Origin: Felis catus
Taxonomy: Eukaryota
Reading direction: 5' to 3'
Assembly (NCBI RefSeq): GCF_018350175.1
Contig: NC_058383.1
Coordinates: forward strand, 28,894,001 to 28,958,000
DNA length: 64,000 nucleotides
The notes under the pieces are model-generated. The model was not told the DNA's origin. It worked only from the letters and a program-made list of their open reading frames with translations, and did no database searches. Below, piece after piece: positions 36,290-49,760 of the stretch. The stretch's first letter is position 1. Every line of letters begins with the position of its first letter. The translations under genes were made by a program, and so were the position numbers.

Positions 36290-38830
36290 AAATGTGGTAA
36301 AATACACGTAACAAAAAACTTACCATTTTAACTATTTTTTCCAGCTTTGCTGCGATGGAATTGACATCTAACATTGTGTGAGTCCAAGGTGTAAGATAAG
36401 TTGATTCGATACACTTGCAAATTGCAAATTGATGACCACCATAGAGTTAGGTCACATCTCCATCACATCACTTAATTACCATTTTCTTTCCGTGGTGAGA
36501 ACAGGTGAGGTTGACTATCTTAGTAACTTTCAAATATATAATGCAGGATTTTTTTTTTAATGGGTATTTATTTTTGAGAGAGAGAGAGAGAGAGAAAACA
36601 AGAGTGGGGGAGGGGCAGAGAGCGAGGAAGACCGAGGATCTGAAGCAGGCTCTGTGCTGACAGCAGCGAGCCTGATGCAGGGTTCGAACTTATAAACCGT
36701 GAGATCATGACCTGAACCGAAGTCGGAAGGTCAACCGAGTAAGCCACCCAGATACCCCGATAATACAGGATTATTAATTAAAATCACCATGCTGGATGTT
36801 AGATCCCCAGAATGTACTTGGCTGATAACTGAAAGTTGGTACTCTTTGCCCAACATCTCTCTATCCCTCCTACCCTTGCACCCCGGTCCCCTAGACTCTG
36901 ATGACCACCATTTTCCTGTTTCTACGAGTTTGGCTTCTTTAGATTCCACTAACACTGTATGTGATGAACATACAGCCCTTGTCTTTCTCTTGCTTAATTT
37001 CACTTAGTAAAATGTCCTCAGGGTCCGTCCGTGTTGTCTCAAATGGCAGGATTTCCTTTTTGCTGATGGCTGAATAATATGATAGTGTGTATATGTAGCT
37101 CTTTCCTTTCTGATTTTATTTATGTGAGTCTTGTCTTTTCTTAATCTAGCTGAAAATTTGTCAATTTTGTTTATCTTTTAAAAAAATGCTCTCAGGGGCG
37201 CCTGGGTGGCTCAGTCGGTTAAGCGTCCAACTTCAGCTCAGGTCACGATCTCGCGGTCTGTGAGTTCGAGCCCCGCGTCGGGCTCTGGGCGGACGGCTCA
37301 GAGCCTGGAGCCCGTTTCAGATTCTGTGTCTCCCTCTCTCTCTGCCCTTCCCCTGCTCATGCTCTGTCTCAAAAATAAATAAACATTAAAAAAAATTTTT
37401 TTAAATAAATAAATAAAAATTAAAAAATGCTCTCTGTGTCACTGATCTTTTTTATTGTTTTTTCAGGTCTATATTTCATATATTTTCTGCTCTGATCTTT
37501 GTTATTTTCATCCTTCTGGTAACTTTGGGCTTAATTTCTTCTTTTTCTAGCTCCTTGAGGTGTAAAGTTAGGTTGTTCATTTGAGATCTTTCTTTTTAGG
37601 AATTTATAAAGTTGCCTCTTAGAACTACCTTTACAGCATCCCATAGGTGTTGTTAGAATGTTGCATTTTCATTTTGGTATGTTTCCCTTTGATTTCTTCT
37701 TTGACCAATTGTTTGTTCAGGACTGTGGTGTTTAATTTCCATACATTTGTGAATTTTCCAGGTTTTCTCTTGTTGATGTTTTTTGAAGTTTTCTTTATTT
37801 TGAGAGAGCGAGAAAGCAAGCAGGGGAGGGGCAGAGAGAGAGGGAGAGAGAATCCCAAGCATGACACCCCAGAGCCCCACTCAGGGCTTGATCCACAACC
37901 CTGAGATCATCACCTGAGCCAAAATCAGAAGTCAGACACTTAACCAGCTGAGTCACCCAAGTGCCCCTCTCGTTGATTTAAAAAAAAATTTTTTTTAATG
38001 TTTATTTATTTTTGAGAGAGAGCGATTGGGAGACAGTGCGAGTGCGGAAGTGGGGGGGGGGTGGACAGAGAACGAGGGAGTCACAGAATCCGAAGCAGGC
38101 TCTAGGCTCCGAGCCGTCAGCACAGAGTTGGACGTGGGGCTCAAACTCACGAGCTGTGAGATCATGACCTGAGCTGAGGTCGGAGGCCCAACCCACTGAG
38201 CCACCCAGGTGCCCCTCTCCTTTTGATTTTTAATTTTATACCACAGTGTTTGGAAAAGATACGTGGTATGATTTTAATCTTCTCAAATTTGCTAAGACTT
38301 GTTTTGTGACCTATCGTATGATCTTACCTGGAGAACGTTCTATATGCTATTGTATAGAATGTGTATTCCGGTGCTGTTGGATGGAATATTCTGTATATGT
38401 CTGTCAGATGCATTTGCTCTACAGTGTTATTCAGGTCCTCTGTTTCCTTATTCAATGATCTATCCACTGTTGAAAGTGGAGTACTGAAGTTTCCTTCTAT
38501 TATGGTCTTATCTATTTCTTCCTTCAGATCCACTAGTATTTGCTTAATATGTTTAGGTGTTCATATGTTGGGTGCATATGTATTTACAATTGTTATATCT
38601 TGTGCATGAATTGACCCCTTTATCATTATATAATGAACTTTTTTGTATCAAACCATTTTTAGCTTTAAGTCTATTTTGTCTGGTAGAATGGTAGCTATGC
38701 CTGATCTCTTTTGATTTCTACTTGCACGGAGTATCTTTTTTCCATTGCTTCACTTTGAGTCTAAGTGTATCCTTAAAGCTGAAGTGAAAATTTTGTAGGT
38801 ACATATAGCTGTGTTGGTTTTTGCTTTTAT
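36290..38830 (-). mobile_element. Old L1 fragments (3'UTR and ORF2 endonuclease region) interrupted by several SINEs
   Basis: Minus translation DLKEEIDKTIIEGNFSTPLSTVDRS...DLNNTVEQMHLTDIYRIFHPTAPEYTF (38324-38533) is L1 endonuclease. Confidence 0.85.
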
Positions 38831-39170
38831 AGGGTTTTTTTCATGTTTATTTATCTTTGAGAGACAGAGCATGAGCGGAAGTGGGTCAGAGAGAGAGGGA
38901 GACACAGACTCCCAGGCAGGGCTCCAGGCCCTGAGCTGTCAGCGCAGAGCCCAACGTGGGGCTCGAACTCACAAACCGCGAGATCATGACCTGAGCCGAA
39001 ATCAAGAGTCGGATGCTCAACCGACTGAGCTACCGAGTGCCCCCCATAACCACTCTTCTACCTTCTATCTCCATGAATTTGACTATTCTATGTCCTTCAG
39101 AAAAGAGGGATCATACAATATTTGTCCTTTTGTGTCTGTCTTATTTGGTTTCTTTATTTTAATTTTTTTC

Positions 39171-39520
39171 TGATGCAAAAAAAGGTGTTTTTATTGAAGC
39201 CCAGCGACAGGAGCCATGGACAGAAAGAGCTGCCTTGGGGTTTGTGAGGAGCAATGACTTATATACCTTTAAGTTGGGAGGGGGGGGTAAAGATAAAAGA
39301 AGTTTCCAAAAGGATTTTCCTCTGTTAAAGAAGACTTGTATATCTTGGAGGTCCGGCTATGGTCGAGCTAAGCTTGCTTTTTGCCTCTAGCAAAGCATTA
39401 ACATTTAGGAGGTCGTGTTCCTTGAGGAATGTCATACTCCGTATATCTCAGGTATTCATCAATGGCTGCTGCTTGGAAGGAAATTTATCTACATTTCTTT
39501 TGTCTTTGTCCTCCTTATCA
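39171..39520 (-). mobile_element. LTR more distantly related to 30826-31642, with adjacent polypurine tract
   Basis: Shared blocks (agataa..gaagtttccaaa.gga, tagcaaag.attaac). Plus-strand cttccccctt immediately after 39520 is a minus-strand PPT. Confidence 0.6.
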
Positions 39521-40152
39521 CTTCCCCCTTGAACAATTTTGACCACCTGGAGCCAAGACTCCTTCACTGCCAAAACTTCAAGCCAACAGATGACCCCTTT
39601 TTTTTAAGTTTATTTATTTTGTTGTTTTAAAAACAATTTTTTTTTTAAAGTTTATTTCTGAGACGGAGGGAGACAGAGCATGAGCGGGGGAGGGGCAGAG
39701 AGAGAGGGAGACACCGAATCCAAAGCAGGGTCCAGGATGCAAGCCGTCAGCACAGTGCCCAACGCGGGGCTCGAACTCACGGAGTGCGAGATCATGACCT
39801 GAGCGGAAGCCGGACGCTCAACCGACTGAGCCACCCAGGTGCCTCCAGATCATCCCTTCCACTCAAGGAGATTCACACGTGTTGCCCACCTTGGATTCGG
39901 CGACCTCTACCTTTCGTAACTCTGATGTATAAACTCCCCAGCTGACCAACGTTGACCCACAGGCGACATCTCTGTGCCCCAAATCAGCAGGAAGAAGTGA
40001 CAGAAGAGAAGACCTTCCGCCCACAGCAACCTTCGAGATTTAAGTGTCCATTTTCTTTCAGTTAACACCCATGTCGTTCAGGTTCATTGTTGTAGCACGT
40101 GTCAGGATTTCATTCCTTCCTGAGCTCCTTCATTTCCATTGCATGGATAGCC

Positions 40153-40537
40153 TGTGGGGCACCCCGATTGAGGGGAGACCGGCGGCCCGGGTGGAGAAAG
40201 AATTCATCCAGAGCAGAACAAAGGAGATAGAAATGTACCGGATACACCACAAGGGAGTGGCAGGCAGGACCGCAGGGGAGAGACTGTCTACCACAAGGCA
40301 GTGGTGGGGGCTGTAGTTGAGAGGGAAGGTGAGGAGGTAGGAGAACGTATGGACTTTTCCTTTTTATGGTAACTGTATCCAGGTGTAAGTTACCCAAGGG
40401 TCAGCTAAGGCTTCTGGATATTTGGAGGTGGGTCACCTGATGGGCCTGTTTATAGTTAGTCGGGAGGCCACTGTGGGTCCTCCTACCTTCCTCAGTTTTC
40501 CATTGTTCAGGCTGGTTGCCTAAAAGAAGCTTCTACA
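40153..40537. mobile_element. Probable solo LTR inserted in an old L1
   Basis: TGT...ACA termini; interrupts L1-like sequence (ccattgcatggata | ...catcctgtttatcc). No clean TSD. Confidence 0.5.
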
Positions 40538-41320
40538 CAGACATCCTGTTTATCCTTTCATCAGTTGATTGACGTGGGCTCTTTCTTCCTTTTGGCTATC
40601 TTGTCTTTAATCTTTTTTTTTTTAATTTTTGAATGTTTGTTTATTTTTGAAGGAGAGAGAGACAGGGGAGAAGGAGGAGGAACAGAGAGAGAGGGACACA
40701 CAGAATCTGAAGCAGGCTCCAGGCTCTGAGCTGTCAGCACAGAGCCCGACGCGGGGCTCACACTTATGGACGGTGAGATCTTGACCTGAGCCGAAGTTGG
40801 ACGCTTAACTGACTGAGCCACCCAGGCTGCCCTGTCTGGGCTTTAATGCTGATCGTCAGTCCAAGAATCCTATAAGTAGTCCTCCCCATCATTTGAGTAA
40901 AGTGTCATTTGAGTAAAGTACGAGCTGTCTGGAAATGAACGAATTCCAACCTTCTTGCAATGATCTTTAAGGAAATGGTAGCCGAAGACCCCTCCATGTT
41001 ACGTGTAGAATCTACCATTTGAACTTTAAAAATGCATTTTTTTCTTATTACTGGTATCTGTTTATTTCTATGCCATCTGTCTGTTGAACTCTTTCCTCCT
41101 TTCCTTTAAGAAATTTAATACTTTAGGGGCGCCTGGGTGGCTCAGTTCGTTGAGCATCCAACTCTTGATTTTGGTTCAGGTCATGATCTCAGGTTTGTGG
41201 GATCGAGCTCCGTGCTGGGCTCTGTACTAACAGGCACAGAACCTGCTTGGGATTCTCTCCCCCTCTCTTTCTGCCCTTCCCCTGCCCATGCTCACTCTCT
41301 CTCTCAAAAATAAGTAAGTT

Positions 41321-41365
<45 letters not shown>

Positions 41366-42052
41366 CAGAGAGCGCGAGCATTCGTGCAGGGGAGAGGGGC
41401 AGAGGGGGTGAGAGAGAGAATCCCAAGCTCAATTCAGAAGCCAACATGGGGCTTGACCGTGGGATCATGACCACAGCTGACATCAAGAGTCAGATACTCA
41501 ACGGACTGAGCCACCCAGGTGCCCCTCACCTGGTTTTACCTGTTCCAAATTTGCCAGTGAAATATACTAAGAGAAGGATAATTGTCGTCCCCCTCAGTTC
41601 AGTTTTCTCTACAAAACGATTAATTTTAGCCATTTATTAAAATAAGAATGGGACGCCTGTGTGGTTCAGTCAGTTGAGCGTCCAACTTCAGCTCAGGTCA
41701 TGATCTCATGGTTTGTGGATTCGAGCCCCATGCTGGGCTTTGCGCTGGCAGCGCGGACCCTGGAGTCTGCTTCGGATTCTGTGTCTCCGTCTCGCTCTCT
41801 GTCCCTCCCCCACGCATGCTCTGTGTCAAAAATAAAAACATTTTTAAAAAATCTTCAAAATAAGAATGTGTATTTTTAGAAGACAGATGTTTATTATGAA
41901 AAAGATACATCATGAAAGGGAACCTGGGAAAACAGAACAAATGAAAGTGTAATAAAGAAAAACGTATCATGCATAACAAAGTCTCCAAGAAAACTTACCA
42001 AAGGTCAATGGCAATTAGGATTAGAGAGGCACTCAAAAAACATGAATTACAC

Positions 42053-42510
42053 AATTTTTTTTTAATTTTTTTTTTAATTTTTTTTCAACGTTTTTTATTT
42101 ATTTTTGGGACAGAGAGAGACAGAGCATGAACGGGGGAGGGGCAGAAAGAGAGGGAGACACAGAATCGGAAACAGGCTCCAGGCTCTGAGCCATCAGCCC
42201 AGAGCCTGACGCGGGGCTCGAACTCACGGACCGCGAGATCGTGACCTGGCTGAAGTCGGACGCTTAACCGACTGCGCCACCCAGGCGCCCCTTAATTTTT
42301 TTTTTTAATGTTTATTTATTTTTGAGACAGAGAGAGACAGAGCATGAACAGGGGAGGAGCAGAGAGAGAGGGAGACACAGAATCTGAAACAGGCTCCAGG
42401 CTCTAAGCTGTCAGCACAGAGCCCGATGCAGGGCTCGAACTCACGGACTGTGAGATCATGACCTGAGCCGAAGTCGGATGCTTAACCGACCGAGCCACCC
42501 AGGAGCCCCA
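42053..42510 (-). mobile_element. Young Can-SINE inserted in the tail of an older Can-SINE
   Basis: Two antisense SINEs back to back (~42075-42291 and ~42292-42509), with duplicated ttaattttttttttta. Confidence 0.85.
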
Positions 42511-42764
42511 AGTTAGAACTATTTTATAATTTGTAAATCCAGTGACTACCCATAGGGGTACACACAAAATCCTGAAAATGAACAGGTGAGAGAGAATGTC
42601 ACTGTCAGCTGCTTTCCGTTGTGGTTCCTGTACTCTCCTGTTAATAGATCTGGGTGCTGACATAACCCATGGAAAATGTGGCTGTGACATCACGTTTTCA
42701 TCTACATTAAGTTACCAGCAAAGTTTCACATTTTTCATTTTCTTTATAAACTTAAAAAAAATAT

Positions 42765-42790
42765 ATTTTAGAGGTGGAGGAAGGGGCTGT

Positions 42791-42828
<38 letters not shown>

Positions 42829-43200
42829 ATCTTAAGCAGGCTCCACATCTAACATATATATATATATATATTTTTTAGCGTTTATTTATTTTTGGGACAG
42901 AGAGAGACAGAGCATGAACGGGGGAGGGGCAGAGAGAGAGGGAGACACAGAATCGGAAGCAGGCTCCAGGCTCTGAGCCGTCAGCCCAGAGCCCGACACG
43001 GGGCTCAAACTCACGGACCGCGAGATCGTGACCTGGCTGAAGTCGGACGCTTAACCGACTGAGCCACCCAGGCGCCCGAGACAGGCTCCACATCTAGCAT
43101 GGAGTACAACGCAGGGCTCGATCTTACGACCCTGGGATCCTGACCTAAGCCAAAATCAAGGGTTGGACGCTCAACCGACTGAGCCACCCAGACAGCCCTC
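42765..43200 (-). mobile_element. Can-SINE nested in the body of an older SINE
   Basis: The inner element (~42852-43078) is flanked by the 15-bp TSD caggctccacatcta. Confidence 0.85.
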
Positions 43201-45254
43201 GTTTTCTTTTTAGATAAAAAGAAATGTTAAGTAGAAGTTTCCATCTTTTCTCTCACACCCCCAGTGAATTTGTTCATTCCTTTAGGTTCAGGCACCTCTC
43301 TATGAAGACTACTGGCTTAGGAAAAAAAAAAAAAAAGGAAATGAGGATATAGATGATGTCCTGCCTCCTCCATTTCATCTCTGACTGCAAAATGGGTAGG
43401 AGGAAGAACCACACATCCTTTACAACAGCGGGTTTTTAAAAGAAAGTGGAATTTTTCAAAAAAGACTTTATTTTTTATTACTTTTTTAAATGTGTATTTA
43501 TTTTTGAGAGAGAGACAGAGAGAGACAGAGTGCGAGTGTGGGAGGGACAGAGGGAGAGGGAGACACAGAATCCGAAGCAGGCTCCCGGCTCTGAGCCGTC
43601 AGCACAGAGCCCGTCGCGGGGCTTGAACTCACAGACTGCGAGTTCCTGACCTGAGCCGAAGTTGGGACGCTCAACCGACTGAGCCACTCAGGTGTCCCAA
43701 AAGACTTTATCTTTTAAAAGCAACTTTAGATTTACAGCAAAATTGAGAAGAAGGTACAGGATTTCCTGTGTAGTTCCTGCCCCGGCACACGAATACTCTC
43801 TCCCGTTATCGACATCACTCAATGAGCCTACGCTGGTCCATCATCATCACCCAACATTCCTGGTTCGCTTTAAAGCTCACTCTTGGTGTTGCGCCTTCTG
43901 AGTTTGGCCAAAAGCATGATGGACCCAGATTCATCATTATAGCATCATATAGAGTATTTCCACTGCTCTAAAAGTCCTCTGTGCTATGCCTGTTCATCTC
44001 CCCGAACCCCTGCAACTATGGATCATGTTGTTGTTTTCATAGTTTTGCCTTTTCCGGAATATCATAACGTTGGGATCATATAGAATGTAGCTTTTCCCGG
44101 GAGAACTTCTTTTCACTTAGTGACTTGCATTTATCAAGTTCTTCCATATCATTTCTCTTTTTCCTTTTTTTTTTAAAATGTATATTTTTTAATGTTTATT
44201 TACTTGAAGGAGAGAGAGACAGAGCGTCAGAGGGGCAGGGGCAGAGAGAGAGGGAGACAGAATCCCAAGCAGGCTCCACACTGTCAGCACAGAGCCCCGT
44301 GTGGGGCTTGAACTCAGGCACCGTGAGATCATGACCTCAACCGAAGTGGAGTCCCACGCTTAACCAACTGAACCACCCAGGCGCCCCTCCTCCATATCTT
44401 TCGTGGTTTATAGCTCATTGCATTGTAGCGCTGAATACCATTCCATTGTCTGCATGTACCACAGTTTATGTAGCCCTTCACCTCATAAAGGATATCACGG
44501 TTTGTCTCCAAGTTTTGGTCGTTATGGTTCAAGCTGTGTTCAGTTTTTGCGTGCACACGATCTTTCAGCTCTTTTGGGGAATCCCAAAGAGAGCAACTGC
44601 GGATCACGTGGTAAGAGTATGTTTGGTTTTGCAAATTGCCAAACTGTCTTCCCACTGAGGCTGCACCATTTCACGTTCCTGCTAGCAATGAACGAGAATT
44701 CTTGTCACTGCACATCCTTGCCAGCATCTGGTGGTGTCAGTGTTGTGGATTTTGGATATTCTAACGGGTGTGTAGAGATACCCCACTGTTGTTTTATTTT
44801 CATTTTTTGTTTTATTTTTCTCGCTGTGGTTTTAATTTGCATTTCCCTGCTATAATAGGGAGCATCTTTTCCTATATTTCTTTGCCCTCTGTATATTTTG
44901 TTCGGGGAGGTGTTTGTAAAGCCCTTTGGCTTATTTTTAAACCAGGTTGTTTCCTTTCCCCCCTTCCCCCTTTCTTTTTTATCGTTTTATGATCACTGAT
45001 AAGAGACTCACAAGAACTTGCAAAAATAGCACAGAAAGTCTCCATATACTTTTCATCCAGTGTATCCCAATCATTACATTGTACATAATTATAATACAAT
45101 GTGAAAACCAGGAGATTAACACTGAAATGATATGTGTATACGGTTGGATGTTATGTTATCACATGGGTAAATGATTGGCTTCATATTTCTGTTTTTTTAA
45201 GTTGTTTATTTATTTTGAGAGAGAGGGTGTGCATATGCAAGCAGAAGGCAGGGA

Positions 45255-45291
<37 letters not shown>

Positions 45292-47690
45292 CCCAAGCAG
45301 GCCCCACGTTGTCAGTGTGGAGTCCACTGCGAGGCTGAGTCATGATCAAGAGTCAGATGCTTTGGGGGGCGCCTGGGTGGCTCAGTCGGTTGAGCGACCT
45401 ACTTGGGCTCAGGTCATGATCTCATGGTTTGTGAGTTCCAGCCCACATCGGGCTCTGTGCTGACAGCTCAGAGATTGGAGCCTGCTTCAGATTCTGTGTC
45501 TCCCTCTCTCTCTGCCCCAACCCCACTCATGCTCTATCTCTGTCTTAAAAATAAATAAAACATTAAAAAAAAAATAATTCAGTTGCTGGGTTGAAAGGTA
45601 AATGCATATGTCTTTATATTTATTAAACAACAACTTCCTCCTTTTTCCTCCCTTAGCTCCTAGTAACCACAAGAATACGAAGTTTTCTAAAAAATTCAAA
45701 ACGGAAAACCCCAAACCGATGAATATTTCTATTTTTATGCCTTTGTTTTTGTGTTTTTAGAATAATACCAAGACAACTTTTCAATCTTTTTTTTCAATCT
45801 TTTTTTTTAAATTTTTTTAACGTTTATTTACTTTTGAGACAGAGAGAGACAGAGTATGAACGGGGGAGGGTCAGAGAGAGAGGGAGACACAGAATCTGAA
45901 ACAGGCTCCAGGCTCTGAGCCATCAGCACAGATGCCTGACACGGGGCTTGAACTCACGAACCACGAGATCATGATCTGAGCTGAAGTCAGATGCTTAACC
46001 GACCGAGCCACCCAGGTGCCCCTCAAGAGACAATCTTTATTGAATTAAAGCTTACAGCTTTGTTTAGATTTTTTCCCCCGTCTGAATCACAAAAATTGAG
46101 GTTCTCATAGAAATTTGAAAAATAAAGAGATAAAAATAAGATCCAAGCAACTCCAGCCTCAGAAAATAATCAGAATCTGGGGCGTCTGGGTGGCTCAGTC
46201 GGTTGAGCGACCTACTTGGGTTCAGGTTATGATCTCATGGTTTGTGAGTTCAAGCCCCGCATCCGGCTCTGTGCTGACAGCTTGGAGCCTGGAGCCTGCT
46301 TGGGATTCTGCGTCTCCCTCTCTCTCTGCCCCTCCCCTACTCATGCTCTGTCTCTCTCTGAAAAATAAATAAAGAGGAAAAAAAATTTTTTTAAAAAGTA
46401 CATTTATCATGATAAGTTCTGGGGATATATAGAATTGAATTACTATATTGTACACCTGAAATGAATATAACACTGTACGTTAATTATACTGGAATTAAAA
46501 TAAAAAAGATAATGAGTATTACATTTTGATACCTTTCATTCCTTTTTCCTATCTTTCTTTTCCTTCTTCTTCCAGAGAGCCCATGGATCTATGTGCACTG
46601 GGTATGTGCATAAAGGCATGCTTATACATGGCTCTGTCTCAGTTGTATAGTCTATGATTATAAAGGTAGGATTATACTGTAACTTTCTGCTTGTTTAAGT
46701 TTTTTTTGTCTTTTTTTTTTTTTTTTAGAGAGAGAGAGAGAGAGAGCATGTGAGTGCAGGAGAGGGGTAGAGGGAGAGAAAGAGAAAATCTTAAGCAGGC
46801 TCCACACTCAGCAGAGCCCAACTTGGAGCTCAATCCCACGACTCTGGGATCATGATCTGAGCCAAAAAATACCTTTCTAAAGTATTTTTAAGGACACCTG
46901 GGTAGCTTGGTTGGTTAAGTGTCCGACTTCAGCTCAGGTCACGATCGCACGGTTCATGGGTTCAAGCCCCACGTCAGGCTCTGTACTGACAGCTCAGAGC
47001 CTGGAGCCTGCTTCGGATTCTGTGCCTCCCTCTCAGCCCCTACCCCCCTCTCAAAAATAAACAAACATTTAAAAAGTTAAAGTATTCTTAAATGGCCACT
47101 AACTGTTCTTCAAAAACATCCTCTATTAATTGGAATGGATGTGTATTCTGGCAGATGAAAATCCCACGAAGTTACTACTATCTTATTGTTGGAAACTTAG
47201 GTTGTTTCTAGGTTTTTGCTCTCTGGTCGTGACCAATGTGGTGCCTAAATCTTGGTTAGAGCGTTTGATTTTCTTAGAACTAGCCCCTAGAAATAGCTGG
47301 GTCAGAGGATGTGGGAGTCTGAGAATTCACTGTTCTGTTTTCCGGGGTCTCATGGGCTGGAGAAAACACACAGATCCACAAGCTCCCCTTTAAGTGTAGA
47401 GAGTTATGTTAAGTGTAGAGGTCGTAGAAGATACCCACTTCTGTCAGACAGAAGAAGAAATCATTTCACTTAGCAAACATTGGTAGAACCTTTTATCAAT
47501 GGACCGGGATGAAACCTGAAGGCGTGTCTAGACTCAGACCTGCACCAGGGCACATCTCATTGGTCCATATAACTCCCCCTTGGGAAGTGAGCCCGTTTCT
47601 GACTGCATTCCATTCTGGGATATCCCCTCATCTCTTAGCACATTCAGCTGAGGCGCCTTTGCACATGATTTATAATTTTGGTTATTTTTA

Positions 47691-47915
47691 GGGGCGCCTG
47701 GGTGGCGCAGTCGGTTGAGCGTCCGACTTCAGCCAGGTCACGATCTCGCGGTCCGGGAGTTCGAGCCCCGCGTCGGGCTCTGGGCTGACGGCTCAGAGCC
47801 TGGAGCCTGTTTCCGATTCTGTGTCTCCCTCTCTCTCTGCCCCTCCCCCGTTCATGCTCTGTCTCTCTCTGTCCCAAAAATAAATAAATGTTGAAAAAAA
47901 AATTAAAAAAAAATA
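47691..47915 (+). mobile_element. Young felid Can-SINE upstream of PLA2G10 (dozens of other Can-SINEs in the window are not listed individually)
   Basis: Young subfamily sequence; TSD ataattttggttattttta. Confidence 0.92.
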
Positions 47916-48859
47916 ATAATTTTGGTTATTTTTAATGTGTTAATGGAGAAGAGCGTGACTTCAGTATCTTTGGGGATGGACCCGATGCCTCCGTTTTTTG
48001 ACATAATTGTGAACCGATTATTCTGTGCAAACGAGCCTTGCAGATGATGGAGGCTAACTAACCAGTTAAAGTGGTCAAGGTTGGGTACACAAGTTCCGAT
48101 GCTGAGAACAGGTTTTCCTGACTTCTTGATTATAATGGACCCATTGTGGCAAGTTGGCTTTTCCTCTGTTTATATTGACGGGGAAATTCCTTGAAAGCAA
48201 AAACATTTCTCCTGGGTTTACATGGGTGACTTAATCTCCCATTGCTCGTGGGAGACCCTGAGAAGAAAATGTTTTTTTACCCCATGTTTTGGAAAGTCTG
48301 ACACCCATACTCCCTGAGTGGGCAAGCCTGCATACTGCATAGAACACTTTTTCTGTGTCAGGCAGGCCCCTTCTGGGTGTTCAAGAGAGGCCCAGGCCTT
48401 GCCTTGAGGGGCTCACTCCATTGGGGGGGACAGTGAACGCAGAGTGGGGCTCACTGCAGTGGGGGGACAGCGAACGCAGAGTGGGGCAGCTGCACGGCCT
48501 GATGTCTCAGGCTTTCATAGAAGGAAGCAGACGGTGACTGAGCACCAGGCCAACAGGAATTTGAATCTGGACCCTCCTAATTCTTGGTTCTTCGCTTCTC
48601 TGATCCTCAGTGTCTGTCTGTGAAATGGGGACACTGGGGGTCTGAGGTTGTGATAAGATCTGGTGCCGGCTGCCCTTAGCACACGACAGCTGATGAGCCA
48701 TCGTCACCTTTGTTACTATTACCTTCACCAGAGCTCGGCTGCTGCAGGTGGGGAAGGTGGGGGGTTCCGCTGGCAGAAGTAGTTATGACTCAAAATCAAC
48801 AGAAATTGCTGACTAATTTGGGTAGGGCTAGCACCAGAGATGAAGGAGAACCAACGAGT

Positions 48860-49760
48860 GTGAGCGTCGCGATTGTCATCTGTCTCCAGTACCGAGCACC
48901 TGCTGCTGTGGTCGACCTTCCCAGGCCTCACGTCGTCGCCCCTCGCGGCCCTTCTTTGCCCCCGAGCGGATGGGAAGCCCGAGGCGAGAAGGGACCGCGG
49001 TGTGGGTTTTGCTCAGACCCGCCTGCAGCCTCGTCCCCCTCCCCCACGACTCCAGCTCCGTCTCGGAATCTAGGGTGGGGGCGAGGGGGGGGGGGTCGCG
49101 GAGGGTTGATTCCGAGTCACTTTTCCCGCATTTAAACTGTTTAAGATCATCAGTGCGGTACCGCCCACCCCGCCCAAGACTTGTGCTCCTTTGGGGCGCC
49201 CAGGTGAGCGCCGGGGGGGTGGGGGGGGGCTGCAGGTGACCACCGTGAGCAGAGCACCTCTGTTGCACGTTTGCTCCTGGACCCGACCCGTGCCCTCCCT
49301 CCGAAATTCTCCCCAGTTCCCCGTCCGAGACCCCAGGGCCGGATTCTCCCGCCGGCCCGGCGCGCCCACTGCCCACCTGGGGGCCCAGCTGCGGAGGTCC
49401 TGGAGCGCCAGCCCCGCCCGCCCGCGTGCCGGGGGCCCCGGGGGGGGGCGGGGGGAGGTGGGGGCCGGCTGAGGCCGGGGGCGGGGCCAGGCGGGGCGTC
49501 CGGGAGCGGGTGCGCCCGGCCCCGAGGCTAGTCCCGCCGCCGGAGCGGCCCGCACCTGCAGCCGTCTCTCAGTCCGCCGCCTGTGAGCCCGCGCGTAATG
49601 CTGCCGCTGCTGCTGCTGCTGGTGCTGGGACCCGGACTCGGGCTCGGCGCGGGTGAGTGAGTGAGGAGGGGGGCCCCCGGAGGACCCGGGAGCCCCGCCG
49701 CCCCGTCCCTCTGCAAACCCTCCGACCCATCAGCCTCTCCAGCGTCCCCAGAGCCCTACA
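48860..49760 (+). promoter_or_regulatory. PLA2G10 CpG-island / GC-box promoter
   Basis: Very GC- and CpG-rich; several GGGGCGGGG boxes at ~49445-49500, upstream of exon 1. Confidence 0.8.
49598..49652 (+). CDS. PLA2G10: PLA2G10 coding exon 1 (signal peptide)
   Basis: ATG 49598, MLPLLLLLVLGPGLGLGA plus 1 nt, GTGAGT donor at 49653. Phase 1 fits exon 2. Confidence 0.9.
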
